Part shown: positions 50,817-64,000 of the stretch, piece after piece
Position numbering within the stretch: position 1 is the first letter of the stretch
How the letters are laid out: each line of letters starts with the position of its first letter
Source: Iphione sp. A-MEVVRFRX5
Lineage: Eukaryota
DNA: 64,000 bases
Direction of reading: 5' to 3'
Assembly: GCA_976226885.1 (NCBI GenBank)
Contig: OZ320314.1
Span: 30,752,001 to 30,816,000, forward strand
Made by a program: the position numbers and the translations under genes
The notes under the pieces: generated by a model
The model's input: the letters and a program-made list of their open reading frames with translations, nothing else
Database searches by the model: none
What the model was told of the DNA's origin: nothing

Positions 50817-53800
50817 CTACCTGAATGGGCTTCCCTTTGACCTCCCCGCAACCTCTTGTAGCCGAAGCCGATCTCTCTTAGCCCATTTCCAACCGCCTTG
50901 AATGATCATTCATTCTTGACAAATAGTATCCGTCATAGAGTGTCGGGTATACAGCGAAAGGACCTGCTGAATAACACAGGGAAAGTTACATATTGTCGGA
51001 AATACAGGCTTAGTCACCTTGTGTAAAGCAGAGGTCAGATGCACGACACACAGGAGTATATATTGTGGTATAGAACATTTAAACACGAAGTATCTTATAC
51101 ACAGAATAGAAGATGCGCATGTGTTAGCTTGCATGGCGTTGGTCACCACAAAGAGTGTACCGTTTCGTGCAACCCGCTGATTTGTTGGTCGTCATACTGA
51201 GCTAGAATAAATGCGGATGTTTCTTTACAATAAAGGCTCATTGTCGCCGTCAAAATATCGAAACCTCACCAAAGTATGTTTGAAGCATCAATATATTCGA
51301 CCATATATCCATATGTCAAGTTAGATATAAATCAAATAGGACTTGTTGGAAGATTACCCATGAAACCTGGTTGCGCACGTTGTTTCCGTGTTTGGTACAA
51401 TTATACACGGTGTGCAACAAACACTGCATAACGATTGATGATCTACATTATATACTATGTTGCAAGATACACAATAGTGATCCAATAACCTCGGAAATGT
51501 GTATCAATGTATCTATCACATATATACCTGTGCACATTCCTATATCATTCATATAATTGTATCACCGAAACGTAGACAAAATAAATCTAGTAAATATATG
51601 TTAAGTATTTTCTCTCTTAAAACATGTAGATGGTAAATTGTCTGTTACTCTATTGATGCCTTAACAAGATTCTTTTGGGTCAAAAGTTCATGAGATCTGT
51701 TGTTGTGAATTAGTACTCAATGAGTCAAACTTCCTAAAATGGTTTGACTTATTGCATTTGGCACTTGGTACCTATTGTTATCAGCAATCTAACACGATGC
51801 CATACCTTTCTGCTGTGTTTTGCTACTAGTAAAGAAGTGGTTAGTAAAAGCACATATAAATGTATAACACAATTGTATTCAGTAAAGAAAAGAAAAAATC
51901 CTTGGAAAACATGTATATAAATGCCACCTGAGAGCACCTGGCACCTGTCATGGGGCATGAGAATAGAATTTTGACAGGACACGTAGGGTAACTGGGGGGA
52001 GTGGGGGGGGGCAATCACGGGGGACCTGCAGGTGTTTTTTTATTTGAAATTATCCAAACACATTTGTACTTTATCCGTACACATTTGTACTTTGCCCGAA
52101 AGCATTTGTATTTTACAAGTCAGCACATGACAAATAATTTGGTCCACATTAATTATCTATTGCATATACCACCATACCCCTAGACGCACGAACTTGTAAG
52201 CCCTAGTCTTCATTCACATTGCATCAAAGTATTTTTCAAATGCTTCCTAAAACTATATATGTGCATTTGACCTATCAATGGCTTCTATAGCATGAACTTC
52301 TACATAAGCTGGGCAATCCAGACCTGTGTGTGATGAGCAACTTGAACAACTCTATACTCTCGAGGGCAGAGAGAGGTCATAGACGTTGGGGTGCTAACGA
52401 ACCCTCTTAATGAGCTTCTCACTATTCCTGATGGTGAAATTATCCATGGTACCCCGGTTGCAACGTACAAATACGAGCTGCTAATGGAACAGTGATGTTG
52501 CCATAGGATTCACCTTGATATATATCCCGAGCGAGTTCCCGCTGACACATGCCAGTCGTTCACCTACCTGCAATTCTTATCAGCCAGGCCATTATATGCC
52601 TGTAAGGAGAAGGGCTTCTTAGGTAGCCATGACAACTGCTTGTGCCATGGCATGACAGACCCAGACAGTCGACACATTCCACTCAGAACTGCTCTGCAGG
52701 CCCTGCGTGGCATGGTACGCATAGTAGACATACGTATCCACAGAGTTTGTGGTGGGACGGATGGCCAATCAATTAGACATCTGAACAGTATACACTTTGT
52801 CTGAGTATCAGCTTTTGTCTACACTTGTCCAAACACGTCCACAACATTTTATATTCATGTGGACATGAGTTTCTGAAGAATTTCGGGCGTGCAACAATAT
52901 CCAAACCAGGTACATATAATTATGACAAGATGTGACCACATGTAACTAGTTCATACCATGTGGCGATCAGCTGTGGTATGCTAAAGAGGACATGACACAT
53001 GACCAGCATGTGACCCCTTGCACAAACATTGGCATCCGGACATTGGCATCCGGAGTATGTGAAATCATTCGACAATGCTCGCAAATAAGCACTCCACCAC
53101 ATCGCACACACCTGCATCTACATGAAAACACACTCGACACACAGATATAGAACACCCCACAACAATTTCAGCTTGTTCAAACAAAACGGAGCTCAAAGCA
53201 CAGTGAACACACCCATTTGTAATCACAGAAAAATAGATATGGAAACTAGGCCGAGGTATTATGACCATAGCAGGGTGATGCAGTTGGTTATCGTAGATAG
53301 TTGTCTTATCGTAAGTTGTATCCTCATGTTAAACATCAACTGACTCCTTAAAGGTCATTTTTATTTAGAGTTAATTTACTAATTAGAATTTGGTCCGACT
53401 ACAAAGTGAGTCTCATTTCGTAAACAAATGATCGTAATTTAGACATCTTTCCATTCAGCTCTGGCCTATCATCTTGATGCATCCTGCTAGAAACTTCTTG
53501 ACATGCTGAAATTTGCATAAAACGGGTAGGTAGACGGGTGAATTATACATCTCACGTATGAAACCTTTGACGACTATGTGTAACTGTGTTAACGTGCGAG
53601 GCAACGATGATAATCGCATTCACCTGGAAGCTCCTGTCCCCGATACTGTTAGCGTCCATGGGATGAACATGGGAATTCACTTGCTCTCCGTTGTTCTGGC
53701 AATATCCCTGGAGAGTGCAGTATCCATTGATGTCACGGATGAAAACAATCTTCCTCATCAGGCAAGCCTGTCGACTGGACATGGTATCCCTGGATTTGAG

Positions 53801-55689
53801 ACCGCCTAATGTTCTCGTGTGAAACCGGAGACTTCAATATGAAGTCAGGGACGATCCTCTGACACCGCGCGAATCGTACTCAACCGTCTGCGTCTGTTCC
53901 CATTTGAAAGGTCAAATACATCAACCGCAATCAAATGATATTGGCCAATTTAAAACATATCTTTCCGGATCTGCAATAACTGTAGTTCGTTTTCATGGCT
54001 CTATTGAACGGAACGTGTCTATATGTTGTTCCTCAAATCGGGCAAAATGATTATTAAAAATACGGACACCACTACAACACAATACGTTTTCCTTTTGTAA
54101 CACTACTATGATCACACTGCACCAACAGGTTCTAGCTCATCCTCAGTTTTATTCTGATGAATGTTACAATTTCGGCACCAAGCAAGCGAATCCGAGGAGG
54201 ACACTAACCCCTCCTCATTGGTTCATTTACTTGAAGTATGTGCATGTATTATCTTCACAGCTGATATACGAATTGTTTCCTATAGGACAGATTCAGACAT
54301 TCTTGTGCATTCCCAGAACATACAATGGCAAATACCCTGGACATTGTCTCAAATAATGGCCATTTCCGATTACTGTACCACTGAGTTCCTTTATATCCGT
54401 TATATGGATTCCCATGATAATAAACCAGTAGTCAGAACAACATACTCTTATATATTCTCAAAAATATGAGTGAGTTTGAAGATTTTTATTCAAGCACCAT
54501 ACATGTTCATAGAGGCTTTACCTAACATAACTGTAACTCTACACTTTACGTTCAACACAGTAGATTTGTGTCTCTGTGTTATACTTTTTCTGATGTCTTA
54601 AACCACCCACAAATGAAAATGTATCAATTCCACGAATTTCTACCAGATATTATGTTGTAACAGGTCATTCTTTATTTCATATTCCCCACCGGCCCTGTCC
54701 GTAATTCGCATATTCTACGTTAAACCAATATATTCACCAGCATAAATAAATATACATTTTCCTACTGAAATTTCTAATTCAGGAAGGATAATCTACGTCT
54801 ATTTTATCATAGTGGATTCATTTGAAGGAAAAATAGAATTGATCACCCTGGTGCCTTTGCTGATTATGAAAGGATTTTTGCAGAAAATAATGAGCGTTCA
54901 GGTAACTGCACGTACGTCAAGCCTTTTTATCGAGTAATTAACGGATGTTACTGCTGTGGTAGTTGTTGGCGCTTGGTGCATCATGGGATAATATACTGCA
55001 GATTTTAGTTATTTTCTGTGCTCGGCGTATTTTCCATCGCGTTTCTTTGTCTCTTCATATAAAATAAATAGGGCATGTCCACATTACATCTCTACAATAT
55101 CAGTTAGGCGTCGGACTCAAATGTGGAGATTGAAATAGCCTGCACAGAGCTCTTTTTTGATGCATAAAGCCTACTCATGGATTTGACTCGTGGAATACGT
55201 CTGGGTTCGCCTCGTGCAAATATATTATTTGTACGTATTCCTTTTAGCACTTAGAACACCAGCCAACCGCACAATTACTAACACATACTTATGTTAACGT
55301 TGAGATTGTTATTGTTGCCAACTCTGGCTCAGCATTAGCCCCTGGATTGTAGTCAATAAAACTAAAGTAAAAGTATTTATGAGCCTCAATAGTTTCGCTG
55401 GTCAGTGCCGTCCATGACCTGGATGCTGTATGCGTCATCCTCTAACCAACCGACGACCTACTCTTCATCTTTCACCATTGCCAAATTTGCATCAGCAGAG
55501 AATCTGCAGGGCTCCGGACATGGCATGTGGACCGCAAGGGTAACCTTTGGAATAAGGCGGGGCGGTGACATATGTGACTTTTCGGCCTGACCAGAGCTGC
55601 AGCATCTGCATGTAGCTGCCACATGCCATTATCAACAGCCTCATCCATTTGGCTGCTCCCGCCACTTGAGCAATCCTTCACAGCGAGAG

Positions 55690-55724
55690 GCAGACAGACA
55701 GACAAACAGACAAACAAACAGACG
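55690..55724. repeat. Imperfect (GACA/AACA)n microsatellite
   Basis: gcagacagacagacaaacagacaaacaaacagacg. Confidence 0.85.
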
Positions 55725-58029
55725 TACACACACGAAATAAAACACAACGTAGAGGGTACGCAGATCGTGACACCACAACAGAGTACATAATGCACATAGC
55801 CCAAAAAGGAAGGGTGAGAAAAGAGGTATAGACAGGGAAGCAACGAGGGCCAAAGTTCCTATAGTATGGTTTCATCGATGTAAGCACCAGACAGACTGGA
55901 TGTCTGATGTTTTTCATAATGTTACATGATTTCCTTCACGTTTTCACAAAACCTTCCTGTGTAGCGTACAACTCAACACATGCGTACAAACGTGGCTTTC
56001 AGTGGCACACTTGGATATGTCCACAGGCTTGAAACTGCTTTGACCTATGTTTGCGCTTTTCCCTTATCTCCCCTCTGACCTTCGATTTTCCAGGTGTCTC
56101 CCATAATTCATTTACGTTTTTATTTTATGTCGCACAGGGTAATTGACTGATGTAAGGTTGCTCATTCCTATTACACGTAATGCTTCCTATTTTCTTGGTA
56201 ATGTCCAATATCCGGTAGATAATGTATTGCTGAATTCAAGCTCACGTTCTTGGTACAATATAACACATCATGCAAGTATTTGCAAGAGAACGTGGTATAC
56301 CATTGACGCAGGCGTAAAGAGCCAAAGTGATGGTAGGTGGGGGTCTCTGAATACGATTTAGAATTTTTCTGCACAAATATGATCCAAAAAAGCAATGACA
56401 ACGATCCGAACAATTGCTGCATTTGCGTTGGGTTAATGAAGATTTTACATGGATTTTTAGGTACGATAACCGTATTTTGTTGTCATGAAACCCCTTCCCA
56501 CACACACATCTCATTGTTTTTTTCTGACCTTGCGGATAGTCAAATTCAGAACCTTGCCTGGCTTGAACGCAATAGAATGTATAGATAGAAAAGACCTGTT
56601 GGACAGGCGGATAATTTCACAATGGAATTCTAACATCTAGCGCCTCTTATGTCGACTGTCACTTGTATTGCGTACTTCTCACAAAGAGTTCACCTGAGGA
56701 ACAGCACCATTCAAAATAGTACGTCACATAAAGTGTGCAACTCAAGTACTCCTACAGAACAAAAAACAAACAAACAAAAAGATTTAGCGCTCCGTTTACA
56801 AGTATTGCTCCTTTAAACAATATTTTATATCGTTTAGTACTATATCTTTAAAGCATATAATGTCTCTGACATTACATGAAAGTTAAGCTCCCAGCGATTT
56901 CCATATCGTCAAAGGATCTTAAACCTATTTCTGCATTTTAGGTGAAAATGGAACAGATTAAACACTTATTTTGCCCTATAGATTATCTCTTTCATAGCTG
57001 AACATTAGCCGAACTGAAGCAAAGACATCATTGGTGGATGTAATAGACATTCGTGTCGTATCTCTCTCTCAATATAATATCTCGCTCAATCACATTATAA
57101 TCATAAGCAAATATACCTAAAAGATCAGTTTTAGAAATACCACGCAGAATAAAGGTTTAAGCAAGAATTCTAGCCACTCGCTATGTCATTCAATTACGTA
57201 AAACAGAAATACGTCACTTCGAAATGAAAACTTGTATTGCCTTGATAAATGTGATGCTCTACTCTTATTAGAGAGTGGGGCTGTGGAAGCAGTGAGCAGC
57301 GCAGGAGTCACAGCACATATTTTTCATTGCTGTAACAATACTACTGTCAACTATTGACCACGGCTTGATCGCAAGGCTTCAGGCATCATGACCTTTAGAT
57401 GACCTTTGGATCGGTTTTCATGTGTGCGTTGGTGGCCAGCTGCATTCAGACCTGTTGCTACGTGTATTGCTAGAACAGGTTGAATCCATTGAGAGGTTTC
57501 CATATGTTCGTAACTGTCCGTCTCCGTTCGTGTCCGTTGTAGTGCATTGTCCCATTTTTGGACACTGCAATAGTTTTAAGAAAACGAACATCAATGCATG
57601 ACTAGGATAGAGCAGATATGCTTTGTAGCAAGCCAGAATATCAACCTAGGTAATTTGCAGAAAATAACATGATTTCTGCACATAACCGCATGTCCAAATT
57701 CTTTCCCATCATATTCGGTGGCTTTAGCACTTTCCCCCTGGACAGGCACTGCACATGCTGGTGCCTGCAGGGTCCTGCAGATATGGAAACTGGGCTTTAG
57801 CTCCTCACGTCTCCACAACTGCACTTCTATAATGATCAACCTCGATCTACAAAATCCTCATCAATAAAGGACAGTTATAGGCTTTGTAAAACATAAAAGT
57901 TATATTTCTTTACCATTGTACTAATTATTGAAAGGAAAAAACAGGAAAAATTCGACAGAACCTACCTTTTGTTTTGTGTATGTTTCAGTTAATTGAATTC
58001 TGAATACATGTATTTGCAGCGTTAGTGCT

Positions 58030-58226
58030 ATTCCAACGAGTGAGTTTGACATAGCTGCGCAGCATTCGTATCGTGTAGGTGCAAATAATTCCCGCAATAT
58101 ACTCTGCACCCTGCCACGGTCAGAGAACAAAGTGTGAAAGAGTCCATCCATCAGATACTTGAAAGCAAACAAATCAACTGAATGGATTGTGAAAAAATAA
58201 CCAACGTTGTCAAGTACTTCCATCAT
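58030..58226 (-). mobile_element. Possible decayed LINE RT fragment (domain 3 region)
   Basis: MEVLDNVGYFFTIHSVDLFAFKYLMDGLFHTLFSDRG resembles ExLDxG...FxDLxKAFDxVxHxGLxxKL..G. Motif recognition only. Confidence 0.3.
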
Positions 58227-60834
58227 GCAGGCCTTCTACGCACAACCGGTGTGCTCTTTGGGTTAATAATAATTTCAGTATTCTGATTCATAAGGTATTG
58301 CTAACCATCTCACTGTATTTTACAGGTGCCTCGATGTTCAGGTAGCACATCTCATGGGATTGACAGGAGCTTTTAGTGCCACACGATCCATCATGAGTGG
58401 AATAATACCTTAGAAGCTTACTTGAAGGCGACCCCAAAGGAATCAGCAATCCTAATAATGAGGTGGACCTGACATTTATGGGAAAAAAATTCTTGGTTTC
58501 TTTATCAGAACTTTAATGCTGAAAGATTTAACAATGTAAGGTAACACAGTTCGTCAGACATGAGAACAACTTGAACTTGAAGCGTTGTTTTTTCATGGAA
58601 TCTTTGTGGACAATAAAAGTGATTTTTTTTCGTTCCGCTGCTTATCGGCTCAGACAGTTATGCAAAACGTTACCAACAGTGATACGCACAACATAAGGTT
58701 CACACCAATATAGATTATTTATTTACACCATCTAATATATGTTGGACAGTGTCCCTAATGCTTTAAAGCCACATTTCTCTATCCTACTGACATGCTTTTC
58801 CCTTTGGGGTCAGGACTACGGAAAAAATCTACAGACAGTGCTCATTTTCAAGCATCCGACTCCGGACTGCCTATCACGAACCCATACTCATGGAAAACCA
58901 CCAATTGCTCTGGATAAGATTGTTATTTTCCTGTACACCCATATACGGGGTCTTGATTGAAAATCCAAATCCACTGAAACCACGCCCTTGGTCCTCTCAG
59001 TCCATTCAGCGGCAGCCAATCTGAATGGTCGAGCAGTTTTCTTTCTCCTATCTGTGACCTAAAATAGTCTGACATGAAAGGTTTGTCTGATAAGATAATA
59101 CTGTATACTGGACTTGAGGTTTTGAGGTTTTGCATCCGCTTATATCCGAGACCCTGGTTATCATTGTTTCGTTTACGATACACATTTCCATTGCGGAACC
59201 ACAGATGTAGTGGAGTGAATTAGATGCGTCTATGATAAAAATGCGTTTTTGTATTTCCTTCTCGTGAATTCTCCGGGTATGGGAGAACTATGAACCCTCT
59301 CAGACCGACAAGATGCATGTTCACACGGGAAAGCCGGCCTGAGGGAGGGGGATATCGGACCAGATATTCTTAACTCGTCCCGCCCTGACCCTTTGGTCCT
59401 ACCCTCAGTAGCCTCCGTTCATTACCTGTCAATATGAAACGACCTCACCCCCACATAAAAGTAACCCACCAGGCCCTGACACGTCTCTTGCACCGCCACC
59501 TGGCGGTAGGGGACCGGTGCCTGCTAGGGCTTACGGTTGCCACGGAGACGGTTGTGACGTCGCCTATGTAACTGTCATCTTGGATCTCGGTCGATTCAAC
59601 AATATTTGATGTGTAGCCGGGGGAAGGTCTTCACTGGATTGCCTGGCATTCACGGCATCCTATAAGCGCACACTTACTCTCTGAAGGACAAGACTGTGCC
59701 AAACCGACCGAGAGAGCTCTTATTTGAAGCTGATAATTGCTGTAAAGTCAACGATGACTTCGATTCATACCATGGCCCAGGAATCCGATTCGTTGTCGTT
59801 TACTAAAGGGACGTGGTTGGATCTAGCGCCTTCAATCAGCAGGCAGTGCCCATCACCCATTTTAAAAGTCATACCTGGAACTCTGCGTAGAAAATAGAAA
59901 GCATTACGACGCTTCTCACTCCTATATATGTAAATATGTCTTGGTTACTTGTCCACAAGAGACGAGCATTAGGCTGCGACGTTACATTTGTCTTACCCTT
60001 TCCAATAATTATTTACAAGCATAATAAGTAAACACAATTAACGTGCTTAACATATTTTTATCAAACATAAGCTCATTATTTAGAAAATGCCAAGGAAATG
60101 TTCATTGTGTTGGCGAGGATCTGCTGTGACAGTTTTTAAGTCATTGTGGATCATCAGGAAATGGGTTCCCCGTTCTTCCATATAGTAATTGGTATGCTAT
60201 GGTATGTTCATGACTGTTGTCAACTTTTTGTATATCAGGCGTTGATTCCAACGTGAAATGACCCAAATTTAGCACAATTCATCGGATATCTAAAATGAGT
60301 TTTTTCTAAAAAAATCAAAATACCTATCACGATGTGTTCTGGTATCTGCATCCTCAACGACAAGTTTGGTCACTTGAAGCAATGTTTGTGTTCGAACTCC
60401 ATGGGTTTAGGTTGATTAACATTCAGCATGCTTTATATCAGGACCAAAAAGTTGCTGGCTTCTATTGGAAGAGTAAACTTTGTGACAACGGCCAACATCG
60501 CTTCCTTCGCAGCCTTCGCCAAAAGGGGAAAAGTTGGTATCGAAATATGTTGTCAACATTCAGCGGATAACGGACGAGGGCTCGTAATCCGAGCCACATT
60601 ATATATGAATCTGATTGATCTAGCTTGGCATGCTACTCTCGTCGGATGGCCTTAACAGAGATGGTCTGCGGGGTATAAATAATCTGAGCTGCATTAAGGT
60701 GTCTGGAGGTGGTGACCCAAACCCCTGGCCTCTGACCCTCTTCAACTTGTGGCGACACGTTTATGCCCCCCACATATTTAGGGAGCGGCTACTCATATAG
60801 AAGCGCATTCCATCGCAGAGAGCCCTCCCTCCCT

Positions 60835-60843
<9 letters not shown>

Positions 60844-60912
<69 letters not shown>
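60844..60912. repeat. (CT)n microsatellite preceded by a C-rich tract
   Basis: Read directly. Confidence 0.97.
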
Positions 60913-60914
<2 letters not shown>

Positions 60915-63039
60915 CGGTTGAAGTTCTAGCGAAACGACAGGCAAACCCCTGAAATCTCCTCCTTTTTTCCCCGAAACTTAATTTTTCGGTAGGAATTATT
61001 CATGAATTAAGGCTTGGAAATGATACCCCCAACTCTCCACCCATCCTCTTATTTGAGAGATGTGTGCCGCCTTTAAAGCAGCAATATTATCGCAGATCTC
61101 TGCACCAGCTGGCATCAAGCGAGGGGTCTTGTCGGTTGTAAATCGCGTAGGTACTTGCCGGTTGGCCACCGAAGGATATGAACCATAAACCTTTATGTTG
61201 TACGGCCGGAGGATACGGCCCCTAATATCACTATCACCAGCCATAATTTCGCCGGACGAAAAAGCCTATTCATTCCTGCACACCTCAACTATCACAGAAG
61301 GCTGTGGTAGGTGTAGTTACTGTTTTTTAAAGTTGCCAACTGAGAACACGAGTTTGATCAAGCTGTATTTGTCTGAACCTCAGTAAGCTTAACGGTTTTA
61401 TTGATTAGCACTCTCTGGAGTCGATTTCTAGCATTCAGTATCCAAATATTTTCGTTTTCCGAATGACTTGAAATTATACTAAAGGTATTTAAAAGAAATG
61501 CTTAGTAATTAAATATACGAAATAACTCCATTGCTGAATAATCATTACAACGATATCGAATTTTGACTGCATATTAAAGTATGATTCGGATTTACATAGA
61601 TATTTATTTCACCCCGTCCATGGTGAGATAAATGGGTCTCAAAGATTTGGATATTTGTAAATGACTTCTTGGTGGATATGACGTCTGACCAAGTTAATTG
61701 ATGTCATGTCAGTAGATCACGTGATCACACAGGAGCCGGCTACGAGGCCAGATTTCAACAAGCAGATGAGGAGTCAGCAATACAGGTAACTCAATGCTAA
61801 TGGGTTCAAGGACTTTTGCCCCAAGCTGTCCTACCCTAGGACCTCTGTTCCCGGCGGTTATCTACGTGGTAATATGGTTACATCGGGAGGGGGGTAACGT
61901 TGTCTACATACTATATATTGTAAAGACACGTAGGAGTAAAAGGTAAAGAAATATATTTTGATTTAGACACCCTTCCTTTATTATCTTTTGTCAAAGATGT
62001 TAACCCCCTGTGTGTTTTGGGAAAGCTTACAATGTTAAAGTAAATAGATAAAGACCAATGGCTAGTACCCTGCTTTTGTTGTACATGATGCTCGTTTTAT
62101 TTCAACATCATACAATCAGCTATTTCTATTTATTCATGATGCAATTGAGGATTAGGTTCCCAAATAATATACATCTATAGAAATAATTGGGGATTGGCAT
62201 TTGATGTGAGGTTCGAAGATAGCAGAAGGGTTTCTCAAGATCCGATGGTTTGATTTTGAAGAAGTCTTGGAATATCAACTTCATTACTTGGTTGTTCCTG
62301 TCCATGAGGTATATATATATATATATGTGCGTATAGAGATGTGTATACATCATATATTTGACGCCAAGGGAGTATTTAAAGAGAATATAAAGCTAATGGA
62401 CTGTACTGCCAAATTAGCCCAAAACTGACGAGAGAAAATATTCAACAAAACACACAATCAACTGCTGATATAGAATGATGGAGAACAGAAAATGATAGAG
62501 TTGTATACACGTTTTATTCCTAAAGATTCACAACATGTAATTATACCACGCTTGCATACTAGATTGGGCCATGTCCTCACAATAGGGTGGTAATTCAAGC
62601 ATGGTTTACTGATATTCAGTTTGAAAAAATGCAACAAAGAATATATATTTTAGAAATATGATTTTCTGCCCCTGTAATGCATAATACCCATGACACAAAC
62701 CAGCATCTGCAACATAAATAATCTTCCTTTTGGTTGATATGAGTAGAAATAATGTATCTATGATGTGCATACTTTTTACACGGTTCTCGTTATGAAGGTC
62801 AATACATGTACAATGTATTTTTAGCAGTATGTTCTTCATCATAGGTCATAGATCTTTGCCCCCACATCAAAGTTATATAATTCACTTTGTTATAATGTAA
62901 ATTTGAAGTTTTGATCTCAATCATCATTTAGTAAATACGAATATACATATAGTTTGCGAGTTTAGGTTAATTTTCTGGCCAGTGCTAGACTTTTTCCATA
63001 TCTTGTTTCGTTAATCAGCCTGTTTAACGTCTTTGGTCT

Positions 63040-63465
63040 TAGGCCTGGATGTATCGTGGTGTTTCACAAAGGGTCTTTCATTATCCTTTCCATGTTCCAT
63101 AGATTAAATTTACTGATTACATGTGATTCATTACAGTTGTTTCAAAGTTTTTGTTTTGATTGTCAGAAACTTGTGCATGGTTGTAGTTCTTCTTTCAACA
63201 TGTTCTCATATTTTTATTTAGTCATTTACCATCAATTGCTAATTTTATGTGACGTATTATTCGGTCACCTTTTTGGGGCTACGTGACAACCAGTTCCAAC
63301 CTTGTGGATCTGTTTCCAAAGCTGAAAAACCCATATGTAACTACCTTGTGTACATTTGCAAAACAAGGCTTTTCAATATGGAAGTAATTGTTTGAACATT
63401 GTCTTATCAAATCCTTCTGTTAGTTTCTGATTCATGTATTTCCTTATATGGTAGATAAAGTTTTA
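63040..63465 (-). mobile_element. Decayed Penelope-like element fragment (post-RT linker and GIY-YIG start)
   Basis: Minus strand LKLYLPYKEIHESETNRRI, then with one frameshift ITC-S-VNLIY...ETPR. These resemble the LPY...S..I.R and TCxSxNxIY...GETxR motifs of Penelope ORFs. Many stops. Same strand as the hammerhead at 63.8 kb. Confidence 0.4.
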
Positions 63466-63580
63466 GTCCACATGAATACGTATCATTATGTAAAAGATGA
63501 GTCGCAAGATGAGGTAGCTTTCAACCCCACCTCCTTCCCTGTCATAAAGGTGTCAAGTGGCCCATGTCATCAGGTACACT

Positions 63581-63603
63581 AGAGAGAGAGGGAGAGAGAG
63601 AGG

Positions 63604-63659
<56 letters not shown>

Positions 63660-63660
63660 G
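63581..63660. repeat. Imperfect (GA)n microsatellite
   Basis: Read directly. Confidence 0.95.
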
Positions 63661-63762
63661 ATTGAAGTAAAGCTGTCATTGTAGGTACACATGAAAATAA
63701 TATAAGTAATTAATGTAGAGAAACACACCATCACAACAAGGAAGGTGGAATAATAAATGGGC

Positions 63763-63816
63763 TTTATTGATCCCAATGTTTCGACACTGTAGGTAGGTCT
63801 TCATCAGGGGTTGATC
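63763..63816 (-). ncRNA. Minimal type I hammerhead ribozyme motif, Penelope pLTR type, followed by AATAAA
   Basis: Minus strand: gaucaaCCC-CUGAUGA-A-GAC cuaccuacagu GUC-GAAAC-AUU-GGG-auc-AAUAAA. Intact core, 3-bp stem II, CCC/GGG stem I. Stem III reads ACAU instead of the palindromic ACGU, which is a plausible CpG decay. Confidence 0.65.
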
Positions 63817-64000
63817 GAGTGATGATCAGTATTACTTAGGAACCAAACATGTGTTGTAGGGTACTGGCCATATATACGTGTATCATGATTTGTAATCTTT
63901 CATTGAAAATACAATATTTATTGGTCTAAAAAGAATTTATAATTGAAGTAACATGGTTAAAGCTTGTAAAAAGACAAGAAAGGGGTCTTTCGAAGGTCTC

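Noticed and set aside
50405-50901. ORFs spanning the N gap, and a WFTPNHFMP motif reminiscent of vertnin/OTU-like domains
   Set aside because: The ORF lengths are artefacts of Ns; the motif is too short and is flanked by stops.
60334-61244. FPLLAKAAK (hAT dimerisation-like) and IMAGDSDIRG (SGNH esterase-like) strings on the minus strand
   Set aside because: Each is a single short motif without supporting downstream consensus residues.

Overview
This is AT-rich eukaryotic DNA, most consistent with a repeat-rich animal genome and probably an invertebrate (inference from intron-like spacing, GT-AG sites, microsatellites and the transposon types). I found no operons, rRNA, intact tRNA or CRISPR array. 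The only long intact ORF is the ORF2 of a CR1/L2-group LINE (47229-50051, + strand, APE endonuclease plus reverse transcriptase), followed by a 3' UTR, AATAAA and an A16 tail. Upstream lie a probable decayed ORF1 and a 1.35 kb inter-ORF spacer. That spacer carries the most unusual signal in the window: six same-orientation copies of a hairpin, GGCCTC-loop-GAGACC, with a conserved C.A mismatch and a compensatory G-C to A-U change, separated by mostly unrelated sequence. Host-gene evidence is one well-supported internal exon (11823-11990, +) encoding the C-terminal half of an EGF module, a transmembrane helix and CCRRR, in an EGFR-ligand-like layout. There are also several low-confidence candidate exons. 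The rest is transposon debris: five PIF/Harbinger-like MITE copies (four with TWA target duplications), three Tc1/mariner-like MITEs, decayed LINE, Penelope and Gypsy fragments, and two Penelope-type hammerhead ribozyme motifs. An 18-bp KGYEDN-like minisatellite, microsatellites and one 133-N assembly gap are also present. All homology calls come from motif recognition by eye; no searches were run.
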